64,000 bases of DNA, taken from positions 75,678-139,677 of the forward strand of contig PDIP01000087.1 in assembly GCA_002811645.1 (NCBI GenBank), given 5' to 3'. The DNA is from Corallochytrium limacisporum Hawaii. Its lineage: Eukaryota; Protista; Pluriformea. This document shows positions 34,256 to 46,200 of this stretch, piece by piece (position 1 is the first letter of the stretch; every line of letters starts with the position of its first letter). The notes under the pieces were generated by a model. That model saw nothing but the letters and a program-made list of their open reading frames with translations. It was not told the DNA's origin and ran no database searches. The position numbers were made by a program, and so were the translations under genes.

Positions 34256-34630
34256 ATGTCGGGCCGTATCAATCCTCGTCACACTTTTGGACCGGAACAC
34301 GTCCGTCGGGTTCAGCGGCTGTACCGCCACAGCCTGAAGAATATCCTTAACTGGACTGTTATTCGCCAAGATTGGCGTGATGAGGCCCTGAAACTGCGGG
34401 ATCGCTTCGACGCCAACATGTACATCTACGACTACGATAAGGTACAGAAACTAGTCGAGGAAGGTGAAGCTGAATTGGAAAGCAAACGGCATCCTGAGCC
34501 TTACGTTCGTCCTTGGGATGACAAGGGCACCAAGTTTGAACGCAACATCCCTCCACCCGCTCATATCTGCGAAATGACCCCCGAGGAGGAGGCCTGGTAC
34601 AATATGCGTCACCTGGAGAGCAAGAAGTGA
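34256..34630 (+). CDS. NDUFB9: Complex I LYR-motif subunit B22
   Basis: RLYRHSLK...W...R..W...A..LR.RFDAN, HPEPY..P...GTKFERN.PPP. Confidence 0.9.
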   Translation: MSGRINPRHTFGPEHVRRVQRLYRHSLKNILNWTVIRQDWRDEALKLRDRFDANMYIYDYDKVQKLVEEGEAELESKRHPEPYVRPWDDKGTKFERNIPPPAHICEMTPEEEAWYNMRHLESKK

Positions 34631-34862
34631 AAGTGAAAATCGAATAATGCTATATCTTGATCCTGACTAGACCGATATCAGGTCGTGTTTTTTGCATGCA
34701 ATGGACAAAAGTCACCCTTTTGTCAAAATGGCCATTAAACGAAACACAAAGGTAAGAATTTCACATGAAACCATCCTCTCTGTCATTTGTTTGATGACGA
34801 CTATATTGGTGTGCTATTCTAGTTTATTTGCTCTTGCAATTTGTGACGGCGTTCTCCACTTG

Positions 34863-37265
34863 TCACAGCCTTTTCAGCGCGGGCAGTCCCAGAAGCTCGA
34901 GTCCCTGCCGCAATAGACTCACGGTCAGTCCAAAAACAACGTAGTGCGCATACGCTTCATTGGGAGCGGCATTAATCAACGACGGACCAGACTGAACGCA
35001 CCGATTTGACGCTTTAGCTAGCGCCAGCAGCGACGTTACGAAGACCACAGGCTCGCGCTTTGCAACAGACTCTCGAAGGGCGGCGTCGTGACGGCTAATC
35101 GTCTCGAGCAACCGTTGGGCGGAGTCGTTGATAAGCAGAGCGCAATCGCACGCGGACAGCATCTCACTAGTGATCGCAGGCGCGTATGGGTCGCCAGGGT
35201 GGTTGATCGGTGGGATTACTGACGTCGATATGGGCTCTGCCTCCTCCTGATCCAGAGCCCCATCATCGATTCTGAGCAGGTCGCGGTCCCCGTGTCGATC
35301 CCGCACCCGTTGCATGACACTGCATAGTCGTGAGTGTGTGTACTGCAAGTAGGCTCCACAGTCTTCCCCTGTAAGCTTTAGGACTGTTCCCCAGTCAAAA
35401 TCGTAACCACGAATCCGCTGCTTCTTGAAGTCATGCACGACAATGCTAGACAGGGCAAGAGCGAGTGCCGTCTGCTGAGGATCGGTTACCAGGGCGTACC
35501 GCTCCGGATTCTGTTGCATGAGCTCATGACACCGGTCCTCTGCCTCAGACAGAATATCCCGGAGCAGTACGGATGTGCCTTTGCGCGTGGACATGCCACG
35601 GACCTGGCCAACGTGCACGCACTCCAGTGAAGCGGCGACGTCTGGGCGCTCGAGGGCCTGGAGCAGGGCGCGGAGTTGACGAAAGTGCAGCTCCTGCTCA
35701 CGCCCGACCACATAAAGCAGTGTGACGTCATCGGGCTTGAGTTCGGGATGATGGGACAGGGCGAGGTCGAAGCGCCGTTCTGCGTCCGCGACGTCACGCG
35801 CAATGTACACCGGTGTGCCATTGCCTCTGGCGAGTAGGGCTGGGGGCAGGTCACTGCTGTTGTTTTTCATTTCTGCTCCATCTAGCTCTTTACCATTCTT
35901 GGTCTCCTTCATGTTTTCGGTTTGTATCTTATTTTTCTGATCCTGTCGGGACTGCTGATCACTGCGCACCAATCCTTGATCGACTCTCTTCTGTCTCTGC
36001 CCTGCATTGAAGTGCACAACAGCGGCACCGTTTTCTTCCTCAGTGACTCTGCCCAGGGCCCGGAGACGCGTGATCGCGCGGTAAGCGTCTGGTTGGGCGT
36101 CACTCTCCGAAGCGATCTCGTCAAAGTGGACACCCAGAATCGCGTAAATATCCCGGTATTCATCTAGGCTCTGGTGGCGGTGTTGGGCCCACTGCAACAT
36201 TAGGTCATGGTCCCTGGCCTCTAGTTTCTGCGTCATGCGCTCCACCAGGGTGGCGAACTCGGTGTCCTGTTCTGCAAGCCGCGTGCTATCAACGTAAATG
36301 CTGACTAAATCACGCAGTGTGAGCTTGAGCATTGTGTGACGAGACAGGTTTCTCCGGTGCAGTCCTGCACAGAGCACTCCATATTGTCTACCCCAGTCCC
36401 CCATGTAGTTCATGGCATGGACGGTAATGTGATGATGGCGGTGGTGCTTTTGTCGGTGCTCATGTTGATGATGAGGGAGAGCGCGATGTGGGCGCAGATG
36501 GTGATGTTCTAGCGGTATTGACGATGCTGGCTTAGCATGTTGTTGGACAGCAGCGCCATGGTCGGAAGAGTCAATAAAGTGATCGTCCTCCGGCCCGAGA
36601 TCACGCAATTTCTTCAGTCCGCGCACGAGAAAGGCACCGAGCAGGGTTGATCGCAGGTGCCCGGCGTGAAACGGCTTAGCGATGTTCGGGCTCGAATACT
36701 CGACAATGTAATGGTGGCGCTGTTTCTTGTCGACGGGATCATTGTGATGGCCCTTCTTCTGCTGTTGTGGATCACCCACAGTGGTGGATGAATGAGACAG
36801 CACAGACTGCTGTAGTCCACACATCACCTGTCCTTGGGGCTGCTGCATAAAATATTTAAGCACCCATTCAGCAAATGTTGCCCGCTTGATCTGAAGGTTT
36901 AGGATTGGACCCTGGGCAGATACGGATTCGATAACTTTTCTTGCACTGTCAGCCATTGGTGTTCTTGAGTCTGAATCTGTCTCCCACACTTTACAAAGCT
37001 GCGTTGAAATGGCCAATCCAAGCGATTTGACGTCCTTCGCTGGAATCTCGGCGTCGAGGCGGCGAACAATCCCGGCGAGCATTGGCGACCTGAGTGTCAC
37101 GATTCCAGCATGGGCCGCATTGTTTGGGCGGGTCAGGCATTCCTGTACCATCCTTTCTGTTGCCATTGGCGTTGTTCTATACTTTAACGTTGACTCCAGG
37201 ATCTGTTGCACCGGTGCCGCCAGTACTCTTGCCACGTGGCGGCGTAGGAAGTGTTCTGCTGTCAT
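34863..37265 (-). CDS. RARS2: Mitochondrial-type arginyl-tRNA synthetase
   Basis: VEYSSPNIAKPFHAGHLRST, NYMGDWGRQYG, YVVG.EQ.LHF.QL, GMSTRKG and YLQYTHSRLCS; several insertions. Confidence 0.88.
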   Translation of the reverse strand: MTAEHFLRRHVARVLAAPVQQILESTLKYRTTPMATERMVQECLTRPNNAAHAGIVTLRSPMLAGIVRRLDAEIPAKDVKSLGLAISTQLCKVWETDSDSRTPMADSARKVIESVSAQGPILNLQIKRATFAEWVLKYFMQQPQGQVMCGLQQSVLSHSSTTVGDPQQQKKGHHNDPVDKKQRHHYIVEYSSPNIAKPFHAGHLRSTLLGAFLVRGLKKLRDLGPEDDHFIDSSDHGAAVQQHAKPASSIPLEHHHLRPHRALPHHQHEHRQKHHRHHHITVHAMNYMGDWGRQYGVLCAGLHRRNLSRHTMLKLTLRDLVSIYVDSTRLAEQDTEFATLVERMTQKLEARDHDLMLQWAQHRHQSLDEYRDIYAILGVHFDEIASESDAQPDAYRAITRLRALGRVTEEENGAAVVHFNAGQRQKRVDQGLVRSDQQSRQDQKNKIQTENMKETKNGKELDGAEMKNNSSDLPPALLARGNGTPVYIARDVADAERRFDLALSHHPELKPDDVTLLYVVGREQELHFRQLRALLQALERPDVAASLECVHVGQVRGMSTRKGTSVLLRDILSEAEDRCHELMQQNPERYALVTDPQQTALALALSSIVVHDFKKQRIRGYDFDWGTVLKLTGEDCGAYLQYTHSRLCSVMQRVRDRHGDRDLLRIDDGALDQEEAEPISTSVIPPINHPGDPYAPAITSEMLSACDCALLINDSAQRLLETISRHDAALRESVAKREPVVFVTSLLALAKASNRCVQSGPSLINAAPNEAYAHYVVFGLTVSLLRQGLELLGLPALKRL

Positions 37266-38200
37266 CGGAGTTGAGGATTTCCGAAAACCTACCGTTGTTT
37301 CATGTCATGATGTCCAACACATGATGATTTGTGATGATACAAAAAAGTCCGTGATTTAGTTGACCAGTGGTAATCATGTCCGAGCACACGCTCGTTCGAT
37401 CAGTTCAGTCCCTGCGCTCGCGTTCCGAACTTAGTGCATGCGAGGCACTCATATGACCGTCAGTAGGTATCATGTACATCAACACAATAATCTAACGCTT
37501 ACATACCCGACAGAAAATTGGGTTTACGGATAATCACATTCATGACATGACCAAAATGCCTGCAACCAATTACATCGCGAACGCACAGAGAGAGAGTGCG
37601 TGTGCATCCGGCGAAGCTCACAGTCTACCCCGCTCCCTTTCTTCCAGGTAGTCCGTACATCAGAGTACGGTCCGGCCCCGCAGAAGGGGGGGCGGAGGGT
37701 GGGTGGGATCCTGAGACCCCAGGGAGAGAGAGAGCGTGTTCGGACGTGGCGGTCGGGGCATGAAGAACGTTGACACGAAGGTGCGCCACCCTTTTATTGT
37801 TTTCTTTTGGTCTTTTTTGTCGAACTGGGATCATACCCAACGCTGAGTAGATTTTTTGCAACCCCCTTTCGGGGGGGGGGCCTTTCGCCCTTTGCCTTGG
37901 TTTTCGCTTCTTCCTGCCGCTGGCACAGCTTTGTGATATTCTTACTCGGGCACCAAGGGACGCGATCTGATCTCTGTGATGCAGGTGTTGCTCCACCCAG
38001 CACTCTCTTCGATTCTTACCAGCTGGTGATCACTGAGAAAAGGTACTTGTAATTATTGGAACCGCTGGTCAATTTGATCTATCAATTGGACGGCTATTCT
38101 TCGTCACATTGTGTAGGCCCTATGCACTTGTGCTGCCGGTACGGAGTAGTCGGATCCAAACATTTCCCCCATACACACCGATAGAGAAACACAAACAAGA

Positions 38201-40414
38201 ATGACAGCCAAGGGCGCGACCGTGACCAACCCCAACATGACCAAGAGCGCCGGCAGTACCGGCCGGCCTGCAATAGCGACTTCTAAGACTTCGGCCCACA
38301 GTCACTCAAAAGTCCCCATGCAGAGCAGCAATCTACGCAAGACAACTGTCGTAACTCCATACTACCGAAAATATCGCACTGTGGGCCTGTGCCTCGCCGC
38401 TCGTGAACGTAGCGATGATCTCCTTCTCCGCTATATTTCGGCCAAGGCACCAAATCCCACTGAACTCGCAGGGGAGTGGGCGGGAATGCTGCCATATGAC
38501 CGGCGCAGTGACGTCCGTGTCTTTTGGCAGGAGACTGACCAGGGCTACTGGCTCGGGCGCGCCTTTGTGCCAGGAGCAGGGACTAATCCCACTCACGGTT
38601 CGGGTTACAATATCTGGGGCAGGGCCGGACAGATTGAACGGAGGGAACGCTTCGACTGGGAGATAGCACCTTCTGCTGTTGATGCGAAGCCCGCCTTGAT
38701 AATGCGCTATGACCGCTATTTGAACGGATCCAGCGCCATTGGACGCGTGGATGAGCTCCGTGTACTAGAGAATGGCGTTTTTGTAGGAATTTATCAGTCC
38801 CGGATCGCTTTACCGCCCTTTACGCGCGTCGCAAGCAGCACATCAGTGGAAGGCAAGGGTCAAGCCAGCGCAGGTCCTATGTCGCGGTTCGAGGTATTTC
38901 TCTTGGGCGGACCGGTGTCCATGATGTGTCCCGGACCGGACGGTACTAGTGACAATGGCACAGGCGCGGCAGAAGCATCCACTTCGTCTGCTGGGGAGCC
39001 TGAGTTGGCAACGTGGACCAGCTCTCTAATCGATCCACATTTGGCGACAATCCGGCTCTGCCGCATTGTGACGACTCCGTTCCTGACGCGCCGTGTACTG
39101 ACCGCGTTCCTGGCCTGGGTTGCCGGCTGGAAAACAGATTCGGGTATTATCCCACCAGCAACCCTGATGCGGGGCCCCCAGCCAGAGAGCATGGGAGACC
39201 GCGTCACTCGCAAGGCGTTGGCGTGGAGTATATCCATGGCACCAGGTTGGTTCAAGCGCCTGTGCCACGGTGCCGGGGAGTCGCGAACTTCGACTGTGCT
39301 GGAGTCAGACGGATTTGCCGACTCACAACAGTCTTTTCCAGGGCTTGACGAGGACCAACGTTTCCTGCTCGGCGTGATGACCGTGCTGAAGCCCATTGAT
39401 AAACTTTTGGAGTCGCCAATGCCTTCCAACGCTGAGCTCAGAAGAGTGCTGCGTCGAGTCGGTGAGCAGGCTGCCGGGTTTTCAATAGCCGACGCCACCG
39501 TTACACCGACAACGGTCGCAGGAGGGGCCGGACCCCGGGTGGCGTGGCTCTACACCCCGAATTGTCTACTGGACGGAGATGGTAAACACAAGGACCAAGT
39601 TCGAGGCCTGGTTGTCTACTTCCACGGCGGAGGCTGGGTCCAGGGGGACCTACTGGGCTTTGACCCCTTCTGCCGCCAACTTGCGGTGAGTGCCAAGGTT
39701 AAAGTTTTGTCCATCGACTATCGTCTTGCACCAGAAGATGTTTACCCGGCCGCCCTTGATGACTGCACCGCAGCCTTTCTGGATGCGGTGGCGCGGGCGG
39801 AGTCAGACTTCGGCTGCGATCCTGACCGTGTCGCTGTCGCTGGCGACAGTGCTGGCGGACACCTGGCCGCGACCGTTTGCCACCGCCTCGTGCAGGACAC
39901 AGTAACGACGACGGACAAAATTCGCTCTACCGTGCTGGAGGATGCCAAGGGGAGCACCAAATTGTCGATGTTGATGGATGACAACAAGCGGAAGGGACTG
40001 ACTATGAAGCCAGCCGCCCAACTGCTCTTGTATCCTGTAACGGACTGCTATGACTGGTTCCCGAGCAGACTGGAGAACTACCCAGGGCTCACTCTCGACG
40101 AAATGGTCCGCATGGAGGACACTTACTTTCCTCCGGATGTGGACCGCAAGCACCAATCGGTCAGCCCATTACACGCGCCCTCTTTCGAGGGACAGCCGCC
40201 TGCAGTCGTGCTCACTGCCGGATTTGACATTCTCCGCGACGAGGGCGTGGCGTACGCGGACCGTCTACGCGCAGCGGGAGTAAAGGTTGAACACTTACAC
40301 GAGGCTGGCGCAGTGCATGGGTGTTGCCTGCAATTGGTCGCATACCGTCGGACAGTAGAGGAGATTGGACAGGCGTTGAACATGCTGCTGAGCAATGCGG
40401 GCAAAGTTTATTGA
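38201..40414 (+). CDS. Hormone-sensitive-lipase family (Abhydrolase_3) esterase with an extra N-terminal beta-barrel-like domain
   Basis: HGGGW, DYRLAPE..YPAALDD, GDSAGG, FDILRDEG and HG catalytic motifs; the N-terminal ~240 aa carry a separate domain (GEWAG, WLGRAF, GYN, SAVDAKPALIMRY, DELR). Confidence 0.9.
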   Translation: MTAKGATVTNPNMTKSAGSTGRPAIATSKTSAHSHSKVPMQSSNLRKTTVVTPYYRKYRTVGLCLAARERSDDLLLRYISAKAPNPTELAGEWAGMLPYDRRSDVRVFWQETDQGYWLGRAFVPGAGTNPTHGSGYNIWGRAGQIERRERFDWEIAPSAVDAKPALIMRYDRYLNGSSAIGRVDELRVLENGVFVGIYQSRIALPPFTRVASSTSVEGKGQASAGPMSRFEVFLLGGPVSMMCPGPDGTSDNGTGAAEASTSSAGEPELATWTSSLIDPHLATIRLCRIVTTPFLTRRVLTAFLAWVAGWKTDSGIIPPATLMRGPQPESMGDRVTRKALAWSISMAPGWFKRLCHGAGESRTSTVLESDGFADSQQSFPGLDEDQRFLLGVMTVLKPIDKLLESPMPSNAELRRVLRRVGEQAAGFSIADATVTPTTVAGGAGPRVAWLYTPNCLLDGDGKHKDQVRGLVVYFHGGGWVQGDLLGFDPFCRQLAVSAKVKVLSIDYRLAPEDVYPAALDDCTAAFLDAVARAESDFGCDPDRVAVAGDSAGGHLAATVCHRLVQDTVTTTDKIRSTVLEDAKGSTKLSMLMDDNKRKGLTMKPAAQLLLYPVTDCYDWFPSRLENYPGLTLDEMVRMEDTYFPPDVDRKHQSVSPLHAPSFEGQPPAVVLTAGFDILRDEGVAYADRLRAAGVKVEHLHEAGAVHGCCLQLVAYRRTVEEIGQALNMLLSNAGKVY

Positions 40415-40619
40415 AGGCCAGAAAGTTTGCAATAGAAAGCTCTTAAACGGCTCTAAACTGAACACATGTACTGTGACCTTTAAGAAGTGATGGTGAGCGA
40501 CGACAAGATCTCACCTAAGAATAAATGATGATGAAGTTCTTGCTACGATGACGTACAGGAAGTAATAAATAACGCGACGACCAACATACAGACATGTCTA
40601 CGGCGGCTGTATTTTGTCC

Positions 40620-42290
40620 TTAGTCCAAGAGCACAATGTCCTCCTGCGATTGCGATGGTTCCCCCGGCTCGTGGACTTCCCACCGCTTTGTCTGCTGATT
40701 GAAGTTGAGCCGGAGTGGGTGCTCCGCAGTGTTCCCATGCGCCTCGATCAGTGCCTTAATTTCTGGATCCACGACAAGGTCTTGAGTGCCACGGATAGGT
40801 CGGCTACAGATTGGACAATTGTCTCGCAGAGGCGCCTTCATATTACCCTCAATCAGTTTCTGCAGATCACGCGCTCTTCGCGTAGCCGCCCTCTCGGCGG
40901 GTGTCCGCTTCTGTCGTTTCGCGACGCGAGCCGCCTCCAATTGCCGCTCCCGGGACCGCTGGAGATCTTCAATCTCCGCTTGCTTCCTCTGTCGAAGGTA
41001 GTTCAGAAAGGCGTCGCGATCAAATACCTGCCCATGCCGACAACCCACTGCCCGGCACGGCATATGAATCGGCAGCCGCGTGATTGGATCGATGAGCTCT
41101 ACTGTCTCCGCAGCTTCGACAAGGTCAGGTCCATCAGAGCTTGCAACTCCTCCGTAGATGTCGGACTGCCCAACTAACGATTGATTGGATTGCAACTGTT
41201 GAAGAGGCATATGTCCCTGTTGTGCGCGTCTGCGCTGCAATGCGGTTGCAGCCGCCGCCGCCTCTGCAGCTGCCCTGGCCGCCGCAGAACGAACAGGTGT
41301 CGTGGCCGTCAAAGGTTGGGGCTGCGGCTCTGGGACGTACCCGGGGCTCAGCGGGCGGCCAGTGTCGAGAATGGACTGTAGCAGTGCATGGCCCGCGCCC
41401 CCATCGATCGTTACGCCGGAGCTTTGATGTGGCTGTGGCAGTGGTTCTGCGACAGCAGTGGAATTGTTGTCATTCGACGACGACGGGGACCTGTCTTGCG
41501 GGGAACCACTAGGCAGAGACGGCCGAAGTGGTGACGATGGCGACCCAGAGGGTGGGATCTGTTCCGGATCTTGGCCCACAGACCGGGACCCAGCCACAGC
41601 CTTCGCTCCCGATCCCAGACTCGATCTCGTTGACCCCTGAAGTCCCGATCCTGTCAACCCCGAAGCCACATTCATCCAATTTCGGGTAGGATCCTTCCGC
41701 ACCCCCGTTAGGAGACTCCGCAGCGAATTCTTTGTTAGGGCAAACTGGCGCTGCATGGTTCGACCCAAGTCCGATTCCGCTCCAGGAGCCCTGAGCGTCA
41801 CTGAAATGTAACCCTTGAGCTCCCAGCGACTGACCTTGCCATCCAGGACCCGTTCCCGCAGGTCATAGTCTTTGGTGTCATTGCCGCGCTTTACTGTAAT
41901 GATCCACCTCCCGGTCTGGGGATGTGTGGTGATGCCACGGATCAGGCACACCCGTGCCTTATCCCACGCGTCCTTCGGAGGCGGGATCTTCTTGATGCGA
42001 ACCAAAGCACCCGGTAATCCTTGCAAATTAAGAGGGTTTCCGTTAATGATCATCTCAATATCCTTGCAGTCCACAACACACGCAGCCATATCGTCCTTGA
42101 TTAGGTCGTAGACGGAACGGACTGGGCTGTCCCTAACAGTAGAAGGCAACGATCCTGATGGCTCAGTACTACTATGGCTTCCTACCTCGGTAGCGCTATT
42201 ATCAGTGTTGTACTGCGGCGACATGGTGTTATGCACTGACGTCAGTGATACTGTGCGCGGATGAATCGGGCGCTCTGTCGTAATCGCCAT
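40620..42290 (-). CDS. SP-RING (MIZ) zinc-finger protein, putative SUMO E3 ligase, with an N-terminal Plus3-like domain
   Basis: LIDPITRLPIHMPCRAVGCRHGQVFD ... CPICSRPI....LVVD; C-terminal SIM-like EDIVLLD; GALVRI...RVCLIRGI...VKRG...Y.L resembles Plus3; the first ATG is at 42290. Confidence 0.7.
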   Translation of the reverse strand: MAITTERPIHPRTVSLTSVHNTMSPQYNTDNSATEVGSHSSTEPSGSLPSTVRDSPVRSVYDLIKDDMAACVVDCKDIEMIINGNPLNLQGLPGALVRIKKIPPPKDAWDKARVCLIRGITTHPQTGRWIITVKRGNDTKDYDLRERVLDGKVSRWELKGYISVTLRAPGAESDLGRTMQRQFALTKNSLRSLLTGVRKDPTRNWMNVASGLTGSGLQGSTRSSLGSGAKAVAGSRSVGQDPEQIPPSGSPSSPLRPSLPSGSPQDRSPSSSNDNNSTAVAEPLPQPHQSSGVTIDGGAGHALLQSILDTGRPLSPGYVPEPQPQPLTATTPVRSAAARAAAEAAAAATALQRRRAQQGHMPLQQLQSNQSLVGQSDIYGGVASSDGPDLVEAAETVELIDPITRLPIHMPCRAVGCRHGQVFDRDAFLNYLRQRKQAEIEDLQRSRERQLEAARVAKRQKRTPAERAATRRARDLQKLIEGNMKAPLRDNCPICSRPIRGTQDLVVDPEIKALIEAHGNTAEHPLRLNFNQQTKRWEVHEPGEPSQSQEDIVLLD

Positions 42291-43202
42291 CTGTTTCCGT
42301 ATTTCACTTAGCGAATGCAATCCGCATTGTTCTACTATTCGCTTGCATTACTATTCAATTGCATGGTCAAACATTCCAATTCTCTTCCACACGTTTGTTC
42401 ACGCCCCGAAAAGCTAGTCACGAAACTTCTCCTTTCATCTGCGTAGTGTACTGTGCATCAAGTTCTAAGTTTACTTTCACGTCACCGAAAGAATGTAGTT
42501 GCACGACTTCGATCCTCATCCAGATACAGTCTATGGCTCTTCCCTGTCGTCTACTTATAGAGATGTTGCGATGATCAAAGCTCATCAAAGAAAACTGATT
42601 AAAGGAAAAGCAATCTTTTCGGACCCGAAGCTCTCACAGCTTTTTCTGTGGTCTCGCCAACCCGCACACGATGCAACTCCCGGACTGGGCGCAGTGGCCG
42701 TTACTGGCATCGGAAGAGAGCGTGCTGGTCGGAGGAGGTAGTTGGGCAGTTTGAGGAGAGGTACTTTCGCTTTTGCGGCCCCCCCCTGTCCTCAACCCAC
42801 TCTCCGCTGCGGCGCGCGAAAAACTTGGCCTCCTTATACCCCCATAAAATTGACTCCCGAACCCAGCGCAAATTTCGATTCTGTGAGTTCATCTTCAGTT
42901 TCACAAATGGTGCAAAGTTTAGTGAACAAGTTTTGCATACCGTTCACCGCGATCACTAATTGAGTCGATGGGCGGTGTGAGTGCATACTAAATCGGGTGA
43001 CTGCATGGATACAGGTGTCAAGAGGGTTTTGTAATTGCGTGGCTATTAAGTCTATGGTACGAGAAAGGGTTAATGGATTGGAAGCTTCCTTGGATTACTT
43101 GATCGTTGCTTCCTAACTAAGATGAGTATGTTCGAGAAGGAAACCAACCGTCACAAAGGAAATCAAAGAGATAATTGTCGTTGAGAGAGATCTACTCGGG
43201 GT

Positions 43203-46200
43203 TCAACCAGATTTGCTAGTCAGCACCTTGTCCCTCCACTGGCTCTTCTCCTCCAGTGCGGTGCGCATGGCCGTTAGCATAGGATTCATCATTCCACGAG
43301 CCCTGTATCGGCGTGATCGGAACGCACGGCATGTCTTGCGGTAGACACTGATCTTATTGATTAGCTCAGTCAGGGCCTCTTCATTGTCGTAGTCGTGGCA
43401 AAGCCTGACAATGCGCTGGGGTGCACCCTTCGTCACGGTACCCTCGACGCGAACATACTCGATGACCTTCCAGTTCTCAAACAAGTTCAGGGCATTGGCA
43501 ATCGTGTCCTTGGCCACCGCCTCAAACAGATCAAGTTGTCCCTCAAAGTACATGTTCTCTCCCACTGCCTGGATCCTACTAATCAGAGCCTCCGCCGTAA
43601 TCGCCTGATTGGGCAGAATTGTGTACAAGGTCAGAGCGGTCAGGAAGTAGCTGTCAATAAAATGCCAGAATAGTGAACAGAAGAACAGATAGGTCGCCGT
43701 TCCCGGTGCCTCCAACTCGTCTGGATTGGTGCGCTGGCCTCCCGTGGCGGTGGTGGGGTCCTCGTTGACGCGGTAGATGCCATCGTCGGCTTTCTTAAGC
43801 ACCCCAAATCGCTCCATCTGTCGGGCAGTGTCCTGGACATCCTCAGTAACATTAGGACTGGGTTTGTAGACGAATTCGTACTTGAGCATATTGGCGAGGA
43901 ACCTGACGCGTTTCTCAATGGTGTGAATGTCGGCATCGCAGGGCTGAGCTAGGCCACCGTCACGTTTTTCGATGGAATAAATCGCACAGGCAACCAGACC
44001 CTCAGCTACAAAGTAGTGAATCAGTTGATTACGGTACAGGGACAATTCCAGGCGTTCCCGAGGATTGTACAGCTTGAGCATGAAGCGGTCCTTGTGTCGT
44101 TTGACCAGCTGATTGTTGCCCACAATCTTCTCCAGGACCAGGCTGATGACAAGGTTGATATTGTCGTCTGTGATGGGCTGCACACGACCACCTCGCGCGC
44201 TGATCAGGTCAGAAAGCCAGTGTACTTCCCGCAACAGAGTATGCTTCTTGAGAGCGCGCTGGTAGTGCGTCAGTAGAACGGTAGCCACCAGAGCTGCACA
44301 AGACACGACTGAGGCCTTGTTCATTTCGTAGAGAGCCCGGTAACCCACCGCAAAACTCAAATGTTTCTTCGACTCTGCCGTCATAACGTCCTCCCAGTTG
44401 CGTTCCCGGGCAAACTGTTGCATGTAGCCGCGCAGACTGAACGGTTGGGCAATGCGAATATCCACACGACCGAACGTGTTCACTTCCGTATACGCATTGG
44501 TCATCATGGTAAGGACATTGCGCAGGGTCTGGGCGGTCGTTTCCTTAGTCTTCTGTCCACCGGCGAGCTCCAATACATGGCTCTCATTCTCAACTATACG
44601 GTCGTAGCAGAGCGCAATGGGCACGAGTTGTACGTCAGGCACGGTGCCGTCCGTAACCGCATCGACAATGGTCCGCAGCACACCAATGCGCGGCGGCAGG
44701 AGCTTGCCGCTGCGGCTGCGTCCACCTTCGATGAAGACCTCAATGTTTTCTCCAGCACTGATCAGTTCTTTCACAACATTTCGGAACACAATGTAGTAGA
44801 GAGGGTCAGAGTCCTGCATGAAATTGCGTCGAATGAACAGCGCACCGCCAGCCCGTAGCATGCGCCCAATGCCAGGCATGTTCAAGTTGTCCCCCGCGAC
44901 GACCGCAGGCATAGGCAAGTTGTGCTCGTAGCAGAAGGACAGCATCATCAGATAATCAATGTGCGACTTGTGTGTTGGCATGAGGATGACTGGACCTTTG
45001 GCCATCGCCTCACGCAGACGCTCCACCTCGTCCTCGTCATAATGCACACCAAAGACGTAGAACGCCCGCCAAGCCTTGCGAAGCATCCATACAAAAACGC
45101 GCATGGCAATCATGTTGGTCTGAGCAATCATGACATCCATGATCTCGTACGCTTTTCGCAGACGCTTGCGGTTGCGCCTGGGTGTGCCCAACGGTGACTC
45201 TGGCACGGATCCTGGATTTCCCGACGGATTTGAGTTGAAGATTTCCGAATTATTACGGCGAAGGCGGCGGATGCTGTGGTCGCTGTGGTAGCCGATCGCT
45301 TCGCTTACCTCGTCACGGGTGACCACACTCTCCATGACAATGCGGCGCTGTTCAGAGGTCAGTGGGCGCCAGTCACAATGGTAACTGTCAAAGGCGGCCC
45401 AATAAATATCCGAGGCCACATACTTCAAGACAAGCTTGAAGAACCAACCCACCCAGCTCAGGAGAGTTAGTGAGTAGATTGCAGAAAGGATCCAACCGAT
45501 GAAGCCCCGCCCTGCCGGCGCCTCCGCCTCTTTGAGACGGTTTAGATTACCGTGCGGGCTGTAGCTACGGCTGATGGGCGTCATTGACCGGGAGCGTTTG
45601 TGCGATACTGGTGACTTGCCGCTAGATCCGGAACGACCGGTCATTGACGCACTGCGGAAATGCGGCGCTGCAGCGGACTTTGGAGAGAGCATGTCAATTT
45701 CAGAGCCTTCGTGGTCCGAAGTCATGGTCGATGATCCAACACTGAACCCTGTGTTGGTTCTGGGTCCTCCTCGGGGGCTCTGCTGTGATCCTTCGGCCGT
45801 ACTCCGGGGTGAATTCGGGGCCTCGTCTCCGAGCGCCGTGTAAACTTGATTTTCCATTGAACTCAATGCCTGTGACGCCACGTGAATGGCTGGAGCCACA
45901 GTGGTAAGGACGCTGTGGTAGGCACGCTGGGCGAGGGAGCCGCGCTGCTGGCCACTACCAGCAGCACGCTCATCAAGTGGCTGGAAGCCGTTCTGTTGCT
46001 GATGCTGTGATGACGGGGTTGCGGTGTGTCCTCGGGTGCCTCCAACATGGGCTGTCGTGTTTTTCTCGCCGTTTTCTTCGTCTTGTTTGTTGCCGTTTGC
46101 TTCAAACGAGCGTCGGACTGCTTCCCGCAAGGCTTCATCCCCGTGGTGGTGTTGAGAAGATGATCCGTCAGTCTCTTCCATGTCCTCGTCCTCTGTGTCA

